Shown here: piece by piece, positions 47,675 through 58,638 of the stretch
Numbering within the stretch: the stretch's first letter is position 1
Layout of the letters: every line of letters begins with the position of its first letter
Notes under the pieces: generated by a model
What the model was told of the DNA's origin: nothing
Database searches by the model: none
Seen by the model: the letters and a program-made list of their open reading frames with translations, nothing else
Assembly: GCA_977018835.1 (NCBI GenBank)
Contig: OZ361260.1
Span: forward strand, 1,550,001 to 1,614,000
DNA from: Minutocellus sp. GHC0000111
Lineage: Eukaryota
Direction of reading: 5' to 3'
DNA length: 64,000 nt
Position numbers and translations under genes: made by a program

Positions 47675-48352
47675 ATGAATTGCCTCCTTCGCGTATCGAT
47701 ATCGGCGGTGCTTGGCCTGTTCCTGGCCATAATATGCCTTCAGATCAGACCTGTGAGGGCATTTGTGGCGCCCGCTTCTTTCACTGATAGTAATAGTGTC
47801 AGTAGAACCAGGGTCCTCCTACGTGCCGCAGACGATGATGACGACGAACCGCCGGACACTGACGACGAAGTCTCTGGGGCATCCTCCATCAACGTATTGG
47901 GCACAAAGATGGAATGCTGCTGCGCAAATGTAGGAAATTCTGGCATAGGCACTGGATTTTACCGTAATGGATTCTGTTCCACCGGCGCTCAAGATTTGGG
48001 TCGCCACACAGTCTGCGTGCAAGTCACAGAACAGTTTCTTGCTTTCAGCAAGGGCGTCAGGAACGATCTTTCCACACCCATGCCTCAGTACATGTTCCCT
48101 GGTCTGAAGGAGGGCGATACATGGTGTCTATGCGCCCAGCGGTGGGCACAGGCATACCAAATGAAGCCGGAACTTGCTCCCAAACTGTACCTGAAGGCCA
48201 CCCACGAGAAGACCTTGGACTACGTGCCATTCGATATTCTCAAGATGTATGCTTTAGATAAGGAGGAGGCGGAGGCTGAATTAAAGTCGCTGGATGATCA
48301 ACGGGCAAAATTGGAGAAGATGGTGAATTCAGATGCCAAGGAATTTGAATAA
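47675..48352 (+). CDS. DUF2237-family protein with a plastid-targeting presequence
   Basis: NVLG...TGFYRNGFC.TG.QDLGRHTVC...NDLSTP...FPGLKEGDTWCLCAQRW...ATHE; leader ending VRAF. Confidence 0.85.
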   Translation: MNCLLRVSISAVLGLFLAIICLQIRPVRAFVAPASFTDSNSVSRTRVLLRAADDDDDEPPDTDDEVSGASSINVLGTKMECCCANVGNSGIGTGFYRNGFCSTGAQDLGRHTVCVQVTEQFLAFSKGVRNDLSTPMPQYMFPGLKEGDTWCLCAQRWAQAYQMKPELAPKLYLKATHEKTLDYVPFDILKMYALDKEEAEAELKSLDDQRAKLEKMVNSDAKEFE

Positions 48353-48713
48353 TGTCTGCTGTACCGGTAGTACAATGTATCTGTCAAGACAGACTACGCT
48401 CCAAATCGTATCTACTAGGGTAATCTATCTAAATCCTCCACACCGAGAACGAGTCCTCTATCGATGTAGTGCCCAGAGGGAACAAGACGTATCCAGAGGA
48501 GTCCTTGAGAGAGAGGGCTCGTCTGGGTGAAGGAAAGAATGAGGAAGAACCTCGAAGAAGAATCCTCAACAAAAATCACTACTCCGAATTTCTACCACAG
48601 GGTACCCGACATCCGAGTGTCGACCTCAACCCGCCCACGAGCATAGAGAGGCTACCTGGCACTGACAGTATCATTAAAAGACGTTAGCATACCGATTACG
48701 ATTTAATTCCAAA

Positions 48714-50321
48714 TCAACACGTCCAAAGAGGAACACTCTTGAACTCCTCAGTTATTTGTGCAACTGTCAGGCCCTTCGTTTCGGGGACAAATCGAAGTGT
48801 GAAGTATAGAAAGAATAATGCGGTCGTCACGAATGTAAGGAAAGTATAGGGCTGAGTGTATTCAAGAAGGTGCGGGAAGCTAAAGGCAACAAGCCAGTTG
48901 GCGCCCCAGTTGATGAAGATCCCCACAGTCATGGCAGTATCCCGAGCATAGAGTGGAAATATTTCAGCAATTATGAACCAGGCAATGCAACCGGGTCCGA
49001 AGGCAAAAAACACTACTACCGTACCCCAGTCGTTGCGGCAACTGATACTTGGTCGATCCAGTCGACATATGGCTTGAAGACGAAGCTCATTGTTAGAATT
49101 GAGAAAGAAATGAACAGCCCGATCCAGGACCATGTCAAAAGTGTTTTCCGTCCCGCAGAGTCCATAAACTTTACGGCAATGATGGTAATGATTACGTTGA
49201 TAACCCCCAAACACGTTGTTGCGAGCTCTGGATCAGACACGCCTGCCTGGTAGAATACTGTTGTGCTGTAGTAGAAAACTGTGTCAATTCCACTCCACTG
49301 CATCATCAGCTGGCAAGTAATGCCAACAATAAGCTGCTTACGAAGGCTACGCTCTTGGAAAAGTTCCACCACGGACATGGTGGTCTTTGTATCACTCTGC
49401 GATGCCGACGCTTCACTTCGAATATTATCCAGATATTCGTCCACAGATTCAGAGCATGGCAAAAGGCGCTGCAGGGCTCGTCGTGCAGATGCCTCTCCCT
49501 CTGTTGAAAACAAATAACTTGGAGACTCGGGGCAGAACGGCAAGACGCAAAGTTCAAGTACCCCAGTGACGCAAGGCACGAAGAATAACCACTGCCAACG
49601 TTCCACAGATCCAAGTAAATTCAGACTGGGTGTAGACAGCGCTTGGGATATCAGAATGCCCACAGTAATGCCTAACTGATGCATCGTTCCAACCGCTCCC
49701 CGCGATGCTATTGGGGATATCTCGCTGAAGTAAGTCGGGACGACAGAGGTGGAAATCCCTGCGACGATACCAGTAAAGATACGTCCGATGGCCTGATGCC
49801 ACCATTCTTTTCCTTGCGCAATTTCCCAATTCCCGATGAACAAAAATGCATTATTCCAAAGCAATGTTGTACGACGGCCGCAATATCTACCAATGAATTT
49901 TGGCCCAAATACAGATCCGACCAGTCCACCAATGCCGTAGGAGGAGACGGTTGTGCCCCATCCAATTAAGGTGTATTCCTTGCCCTGCTCGTGGTACCAT
50001 TCCATTATGTATGCCTCGGCATTGTTCATGACGCCCGTCGCATATCCAAATTGGAACGATGAGCCATGTGACCACCAATATGGTAACGAGAAGAGTGACA
50101 TTGAGAGTAGTGCTGGAACTACAAATTTATGGAAAGAGTTCTCTTTCATCCTGAGGGAGAGGCTTGAGTGGGGTTCGTTCGTCAATCCGAGGTGATTGTC
50201 GCAGTCGTTCGTGGGCCCTTCCCTCCTCGACTTCTTGTTGTTGATACTCAGCAAGGTTGAGGCTCGAGGCGAAGCTCCCCGTAAGCGACAGCTTTGGGCT
50301 ATGACTGGCGTAGAGGGACAT
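48714..50321 (-). pseudogene. Sugar-porter MFS (GLUT/SLC2A-like) transporter with three disabling lesions
   Basis: GSSFQFGY, EISP...RG..GT..QL, PESP, QWSGIDTVFYYS, GPG.IAWFIIAEIFP and VPETKG. In-frame TAA at 50127-50129, frameshift at about 50067, and a 5-bp insert at 49017-49021. Confidence 0.85.
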
Positions 50322-52864
50322 GGAGTACCGACAATTTGTAGTGTTGCGCTCGTGTGTGGTGTAGTTCTTGTTTGTCTACTGCCATTTGCCGCTTCCACGG
50401 ATTGCTTCTCTTTCGTCTACTTTGCGCTGTGCAACTGCATCTCATCAATATTGCCGCCTCCTCGCCCTCTCGCCTCTCGATCTCGGCGCCCCTGGGATCT
50501 TTTCAACACTCCCTCGCCTAATAGGTCTTTCCGTCAACCATCTTCTAATTTCAGACAGATCAAAGTATCCTCGCAACGAAATTTCTCAACAGTCTCAAAC
50601 CAACCCATGCTCAGCCGGCGTTGGAACCTCGCTGGTGGCTGGATGCAAGCCTTAGCCATTATTCACCGCAAAGCGCAGATCTTCCTGCCATCGCTGTGAA
50701 ACAAATTATTTCGTGTGCTCTTTCCTCGCCCAACGCATATTGACCTGCGTATTGTATTTTCCATCTTCCATCTTTGTTTTTGCGATTGAAGGCCATCAGT
50801 CGTCTCTCATCAATCGAAAGTAGCCACGTTGCCCAAAGCCAATTTGTGCGATACCCAACAACGTATCCAACTTTCATTACCTTCGCCCATTGCCACCACC
50901 ACTGAAACGCACCATGCCATTCATGAAAAGTAAGACGGTAGATGCGTCCGAAAGGAAGACGGAGGATGTGAGCAGGTTTTGGGCAAAACGCAGATCGGCC
51001 TCAAGAAGACCGTCGGTCTATCAAAGTCGACCAAGCACCAGGATGCACGCGATTCCAAGGAACAGAGTCCCAGGAGCAAAAGTCGGGCCATGGGAGAGGA
51101 TGTACGTGAAGAAGCAGAACAGCAGATCCGAAGGAAGACATCCACCAGCAAACCTCCCCGGCCTAACCGCAGTGGAAGAAGCTTTGAGCCCATGGCGGCC
51201 ATGACGATCAAGGAGGACGAGGAGGACGAGGGCACGTACGACCATGGCGTCGTCGATTTGTGGCTTCAGCAGAATGCTGCGCGCCCAATGAGCCCGCCTC
51301 GACGCCGCCATGCCAAGTCCAAGAAGACCTTCAAGCCATCTGGGGACACACGTCCGTCATCACCGAGACGACACTCAAGGCAGCAGGCAATTTCTTGTCA
51401 TGGGAATTGGGAAATTAAAAACAACAGGACATGCAATGTTCTTGCCAGCCTTGTGGGATATTCATTGCTGAGGCTTTCTACATAGTCATATAACGAGTCA
51501 TCGTGCAAGCAATGACATTTGGAGCACAATGCAACAGAGCAAAGACCAAACTAAAGCAAAAGTCAGATTTTTAATTTATTGAACACATCGCGACGAAGAT
51601 GTTCGTTGCCGACCTACCTTCCTGTCTTGCCACTCACCCTCTTCGCGGCCGCATTTTGCACAAGATTATCGTCCCTGTATTGAATTGTTGTGCTGCCTTG
51701 GATCGGCCTGCTGCTTTAGGTCTCGGCATGTACATGTACTAGTAGATCTACATGTGTCAGGTGGGCATCAGAAGTGACTTGTTCGACTCAAAGAAGCACC
51801 ATCCTCCTCCTCCTGCCATTACAAGAGCTCCGCTGCTCATGTGGTCTCGGTGGTGTGGCGACGGACAGACCAAATGGCATCGGAGGGGTGGGTTCCCATG
51901 TCCGCTGGTTCGTAGCCTGTGCACTGTTTCTACGTAGCTTGGCTGGCATGTCGTGCTTTCTGTCCTGAGTGTTCATTGTTGGTGTTCATTGCAGAGGTGG
52001 GAGAGAGGGGCTACAGCAGATGGCCCGGGTGCCCTGGCGGGGCTGCTGTTTGGTTGCTGCTCTCTCTTCCTCTTCCTGTTGCCGTGTGTCCGTGATGAGC
52101 TAGCTATTCCTCTTCTTTTTTTTATTATTATAAATTGGCACTTCGTGCTACAATTCTTTTCTTACTGCTTAAGCATAACTCTCTTTACTTTTTATACGTT
52201 TCTTGTTTATAGTCGATGCCTCTTCCTGCATTTACTAATGTTGAATGCTCAACAATCCTATGTGGCCGAGACGTATAATGACGTCATATGGAAAGTAGTG
52301 AGACATTCTGCTCACAGGTGCGCGTTCAAATCGTGGCCGTCGATCGTATCCTGCATCGGTGCGCCGTGTGAGCTCCATTGTAATTGTACATCGTCGTCTT
52401 CGTTGCGCTCGTGGCGGTGTCGTCGTGGTGTTTCTTGTCTCTTCTGTTTCCCTACCATGGATTCGTTTGCGGCTTCTCCCCTCGGCAAGGAATTCTTTCG
52501 TCGTTTGTGGTTGTCCTCTCACTGTCGCCAATGCGCCTCTACCCATCTCTCGTCCCCGTCATTCGTTGATATCGTTCTCTCGAATGAATTTCACTCCTTC
52601 ATCGTCGATCTTTGTCTGTCTCGTTCTATATTTGTATCTTCCGCTGTCGTCGATCCTGTATCTCGGTCTCTCGAATCTCCTCGGTCTTTTGGTTGTCTCT
52701 CTTCTTCGTCGAGCCTCGTCGATCGGTGTCTTATTTTTGATATCTTCCGTCGTACTGTTTATCGCATTGACGGGATATTTTTCTTCCGTCGACCTCATAG
52801 CTCTTTTCGTCTTCGTCGTTCTGGGTCGGACATTGATTGGAGTGGTTCTGTTTTACCTTTTGTA

Positions 52865-53287
52865 ATGTCATGTGTCCCGACGTTTCGCACGGTCTTTCGG
52901 CATCCTGAATTTGCACGTTTTGTCCAATCATTAGCTTCCGAACCTCACGGCCCCGGCGCGGCATCTGCAGGTCCTATTCATGCTTCTTTTTGCCATTTCA
53001 TAGCATCTTTTCTTGCTGTGAACCAGCTTGAGCAAGTCGACGTCTTACGTGTTATCCATGCAGCTGACAGAGAGTCAATCTGTTCCGATGAAATCCCCAT
53101 GCTCTATGTACGTGATGCCAACGTTGGATCCGCTGCTTACGTTTTCAGATCTAATTTTGACTCCAACCCCCATCTCCCTAGCGATGTTTTTGCCTCCTCG
53201 TCTCCCGTCTTTCGTTACCTCAGATCATGCTTTCGATCTGGTCCTCATTTCGATCCTTCTGGTCCTGATGATTACGGTCAGCTCTGA
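52865..53287 (+). CDS. Element-borne hypothetical protein (~140 aa)
   Basis: ATG-initiated 3' part of ORF 51953-53287 (MSCVPTFRTVFRHPEFARF...) has normal composition, unlike the low-complexity upstream part. Confidence 0.35.
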   Translation: MSCVPTFRTVFRHPEFARFVQSLASEPHGPGAASAGPIHASFCHFIASFLAVNQLEQVDVLRVIHAADRESICSDEIPMLYVRDANVGSAAYVFRSNFDSNPHLPSDVFASSSPVFRYLRSCFRSGPHFDPSGPDDYGQL

Positions 53288-53391
53288 AGATTTCATGTAC
53301 CTCGCTCTATTTATCTTTGTGGAATATTCAACATTTGTAGATATCTCTTCTTTAATTTTGCTAGTATTATATACATATATATTAATTATTC

Positions 53392-56300
53392 TTATCTTTT
53401 TTTTCTTGCTTTCTTTGCCTTCCTTCCGCTGCCTTCTGATTTTTTACTTTTCTCTTCCCCCGTGTCTTCATCATGCCCTTTTCTCGATCTCATGCTTCGT
53501 CTTGTCTCAGGTCCTCGTACCGATACTCTGTCCTCTCCTTCATTTCCAGTATCTCTTTCGGGAGTCTCTGGCTCCTTCTCGTTGCTTTTCTCATTCATCT
53601 TTTTCTGCGGCGTATCATGGTTATTCTCATCTTGACCTCTCTTTTGTTCTTCCTCGTCATCTCCTGTGGCTTTTCTTTTTTGAGTATCTCCGTCGTCATT
53701 CGTTGACTCTGGCGTGTTGCTTTTATTTCGAGTCTTTCCTTGTGGCGTTGCTTGGCTTATCTCGTCTTGTCCCCTCTTCTTTCCTGCTTCGGCTATAGCT
53801 GCGACTCTTTCAAGTGTTTTTGTTTTAGTGCTCCCATCCTGATCCATTGCTTCTTCGAGTAGGTCTGTTATCTTTTCAAAGTCGCTCGTCATATTTCCAA
53901 TGCATGAATCCTTGCGTTGCGCTGCTGTCATCCTCTTCTGTGGCGTCGCTGACTTAAGTTCTATGCCTCCTTCCTTCGTTTTTACTTTCACATATCTCTG
54001 GATGAAGTCCGTTTGTGCTACGAACGCCTCTCCTTCTTTTGGTTTTCCCATTACCATATTGTTCATGACGCATCGGAGCATTATTTCTTTTGGTACTAAG
54101 CTCATCACTCTTTGTGAATCCTCATTTACGTGCTCGCTCACCTTAATTGCTCCTGTTGAGTTGAATAATATTTCAAATTCCTTACCTCCTCTCGTTACCG
54201 TATGGTTTCTAGTTTTCTCCTCTTGCGGCACTGGCGATCCTTCTTCTTCTCTGTCGTACAGTAGGACTCTATCTAAATTGAATCTTTCTGGTCTCACCGT
54301 GTATTCATTCGCCACAAAGGAATAATGAAAGAATAGTACTCGTTCGATCAAGGTATTCATGTTTTTCAGAGGACTGATGGCTTCAAACGTCAAGTCATCT
54401 AACGGATGTCCTTGGCATATTACCTGTTCTGTTTCCTCATCACTCTTCTCTAGTCCTCCGAGATCCAGTTCATTTCCACTATCCAGTATTCCTCCTGGTG
54501 CTATTAGGCGCAATAAGAAAGAACTAGCCAATGCTTCTCTTGTTGGCCGCATCGAGTTATCGTTTCCATGGTCTGCTATCATTTTGCAGGTCTCTTTGAA
54601 TATTAATGATCTTGCTGTTGCTTGGTATTTCCCGGAGCAATATCTGAAGGTCTTCGCTCTTCCATCTCTTTGTACCTAGGTAATGGCGTGTCCATTATCT
54701 CATACATGTCTTTCGCCATTAAGTCCGCTGGGATAGAACAGAGATTATTAGCATGAACAAACATCTGATACAAAGTCCTCAAATCTACATTTCTAATCTG
54801 AGCTGCGGCCATCGTCGCATTGATCCCTCCATCTACTAGCATAGCCGCTGTTAATACATCCGCTACAATGCTGAATCCTGTTATCTGATAAGCATATGGC
54901 TTTCTCTGTGTCGGTAGACCCTTCGCGACCCAATGCTTTCCATAATTGGAGTCATAATTCCCTTTAGGCGGTGAATGGTTGGTCATGTGATGTCATTCAA
55001 TTCGACGGGATTGTTAGTACAGTTCCATATTCAAATTTTGCTCATATATCTTTGTTGTATATTCAACAAAAGTAAATATCACAATTCTTGCATTTTTCTA
55101 GTTTCCAGTACTCACCAATCATCACGAATTTCTTCCCTTTCATATTCACCTTCTTCTCGAAGTATTGTCCTAGTGGATCTTCTTTCGTGTACTTTTCCCA
55201 GTACGGTATTGACTCCAACTTTGCTAGCGTCTCAAATCTCTGGGCTGTGCACCCTAAAGTCTTCACTCTTGTATTCATCCCGCTAGCTTTCGCGTGGTCA
55301 TCAACCATCGATCTCAAGGGGTGACATTCGCTCTTCTCTACTCCTTCTGCGGCTTTCATAACTATCTTGACAGCTGCTTGGAGGACTTTTTCATACTTCT
55401 TCAGCGCCTTGTCATCTCCATTCCAGAATTCTTCTCTTCCTATTCCTCCGATGTTTGCCGCTACACCCCTCGCTCGCTCAAGGAGAGTCACGATTAATGT
55501 CATAACTGACAACCCTGCTTCCGTCGCTTGGGCATTCGTCGCAGCGGTTCCTATTGCGCACATTTGTTCCGGGGTCATGGAAGGGTACCACGCAACATTC
55601 CACTCATTTGTTGCGATAGGCATCGTTGCTGTGATTCGTGTTGGATTAATCTTGTCCATTTCTTCGTTGCTCATTTATATTTGACTCTTGGGGTCTGTTG
55701 AGTAACCTAGTATCAATTTTCTCGCCTCTACTGTTCGTTTTGCACCATTAATTTGGACAGACTGCATAATAAGAGAAAAGTGGCAATGATTAAGATTCAG
55801 CTCTCGAGGGGCATTGTACATTTCATTTTTCTACATCTCATCTTTTTCTCATTACTTACCTCAATTCTTGAACTCCATTCTTCTCCCAGTGACGAAACGG
55901 AGAATGCCTCTGCATAACCAGCGATCTTTGCAAGTCTCCTACTAGACCTTTCTCGAACAACCCTTTCAAGTTTCCTAAGGGTTGCAATCCTGAGTATCGC
56001 CTCCTCCTCCTCATCGTCGTCCTTTTCATAGTTTTCTAGGATTCCACTCTCTTCGTCCTCTGTGAGTAAGACACCCTTCGATGTTTCATGGGCTCTACTT
56101 ATCGATGCTAGTTCGTGGAACTGTACCTTGGTCATATTTTCCATAAATCCATCGAACCCTTCCGGCGTAAGTCTTTCTTTCATTTTCCTTTCCTTGGTTC
56201 TTTTGAACGCTTCATCGTTATTCTGAAAGGATGCTTCTCCTCCTGCATAGTCTCTAGCATCCATTACCATCGCAATGTTCGGGACATCATAGTACACTCG

Positions 56301-57836
56301 GTGCTCTTCCAGATATTTATTCTCTACATCTCCAGACTTTCTCCTGTCTATAGAAATGTAGACGCCTTCAAAGATCTTTTCGTATATTTGTCCATCCTCT
56401 ATCATCTGATTCAGCTTCGAACCTTTCTTCACCGACCACATGTACACTGTGTCAATGGTTTCCTTTCGTACGTCATTCTGAACATCACCTCCCGGAATAA
56501 CCAAACCATTTTGTATCGGGATTCTATCTTCAATTGTTGGGTGTGTTCTTGGATTACTTCCTTCGACTATTCCAATTACCGATTCTTGGTCCTGAAAACC
56601 ATACCGGAAGAAGGAGACCGCGGCTATCGATCCCATCTTTATACCCCTCGGAGCTATTAAAGGTGCTTGCCTGTTGTATTCATCTGCATCATCCTCGGCT
56701 TCCTTGCCCTTTTTCTTCGATCCCTTTTCCTTTTCTGATCCAGCCTGCTTATGGAAATAAAGTACACAAATCATTAGTGCTGGTAGCTCGGTTCATCTTT
56801 AGAACCCTTCAAATGCTAATTAACAATCATCTTTTCATACATACATACATACCTGTTTTTTCCCTTCCAATGTATCTTCTGCCTCTTCTTTTCCGTCCTC
56901 GTCTGATCCATCCTCTACTGATCCATTATTTCCTCCTTCTTCCTCATTGTTTGTTTCCTCGTCTTCATCTAGTTCCAGATTTTCCTCTTCTTCCGCGGAT
57001 CTCTCTACTCTGTCGCTCTGGTCGTCCTCGGCATCTCCTTTGTCCTCATCGTCGGTCACCGTCATATCTTTCTTCTTCTTTTCAGCAATCTTCTGCAGTG
57101 CTTTATCCACTTCGTTCGGAGTTATATTCGGGTCCTTTTTTGCATTATTAATTGAAACCACCCTCTCTGCCCACTCTTTGGGACATGCCATTCCACCTCG
57201 AGCCATCCCTTTACGATAACCTCTGACTGTTTTAATCGTCCTCTCGAATCCTTCGTCGGACAAGTCATACTTTTCGTCTAGCTCATAGACTCGGCGTAGC
57301 CACGAGACAAATTCATCACCACTATGCTCATTTGTCGTCACCACCTTGCATCTAACGTCCGAGTAGTCCTTATTACTCATTTGCACCGCGACCACATTTT
57401 TCATTGCCTTCATAAATCCCTCCTTAGGGAAATAATCATCATCTTCAAATTTCGCTAGCCTCGATCCAACTTCATGGATAATGCATTTCAGCAACATAGG
57501 CAACTCATTATCGCTCTTCTTCTTACTTGTTTCCTCCATTATTGCCTCATGTGCCATGTGCGGCCCTACAACATCGCCAGGGGTGTCCCTGACGTACAAT
57601 TTACCTCCTTCTTTGACCTTCGTTTTAATCTTTGCTTGGGAATAAATTAAAAGCAAGGCCTCTTTCCACGCATGTGTTTCTGGTGTCCCTTGCTTCGCTG
57701 TAATACATTGATTCTGCGCTTCTTCCTTCGTGAAGCCACATGCTTCATAGATAACTTGCAAGCATATTTTTATTTCATTTGGTACGCGACTCAGGGCTAC
57801 CTTCCGTGGCTTTGACGATTTCGTACGAGCCTGCAC
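53392..57836 (-). pseudogene. Large multi-exon accessory gene of the element (about 1,350 codons or more; first exon not located)
   Basis: In-frame GT-AG introns at 56748-56852, 55762-55859 and 54962-55115 join five ORFs; a further acceptor lies at 57837-57838. Lesions: TAA at 55675-55677 and an 8-bp insert at 54673-54680. Confidence 0.65.
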
Positions 57837-58638
57837 TGTGTTGTGTTAAGTTCAAAAGCACGGAAAAGTGTTAGTGAGTTTAGACGGTAGGAAACCACAT
57901 GTGTACTTATTAGATTCTTTGGATATATATATTTTTGTTGAATATTCAACATTGATAAATGACATCCATTCTCTTTTTCGTGCATTTACTTCTGTTGAAT
58001 ATTCCACAAAAATAATTGTAATGTTCGCTCGTCGTCTGCTCGGAGGATCTTTTTGCGTACAATACAGACACCGATAAACCGGATCACACATAGGGATACT
58101 TCATATATTCAACGGTTGGATATCTTTCGACGTGTTTCGACTCTCTGTCCCCGGAGAGAGCGAACCCGCTTCCGCTCTCACAGCCCTTCCCACCCTCCAT
58201 CCTCCGTCTCGCACTGCTCTCATTGTCGCCTGTTGCGTTGTATTGGTTTCGTTTTCTCACCATGGTTGATATTATGCGGCGTCTCTCTTTGTGATTCCAC
58301 GATTTCTTCTCTTCGGTCTTTCGACGAGCTTCCTTTTCTGATGAATGGCTGAGAAATGAAGTGTATTTTGCTACGTCGTCAGTTCTTCGTCCGTTTTGCA
58401 CTTTCGAGTGAGAGTTTGACGCAATCTCTTTGGTGCGGTTTCTTTTTGACCCTCGCGTCTCATCTTTGCTATCAACTTCTCTCTCAAAAAACTGACGTAA
58501 TTTCCGAGGCATATATTTTCCCAAACTGACGCAAGTTTTGTTGATTGCTTTGGTGTCAAGGACCATGTCTTTCTTCACGCCGTATCTTCTCCAAGCCGCT
58601 CTCTTCGGTTCATTTATTCATTTTTTTCTCTCTTTGCA

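Noticed and set aside
50100..50398. ORF-track start MEAANGS... for the sugar transporter
   Set aside because: The first transmembrane helix (LNVTLLVTILVVT) and a plausible N-terminus (MSLYASH...DERTPL) are in another frame.
50890..51485. Possible frameshifted basic low-complexity gene
   Set aside because: It may be a decayed gene, but it has no recognisable domain and too little support to call.
51953..52860. N-terminal ~300 codons of the 444-aa ORF
   Set aside because: Open only because the strand lacks A; S/F/R/L/C-rich, no ATG start, and it crosses the inferred element boundary.
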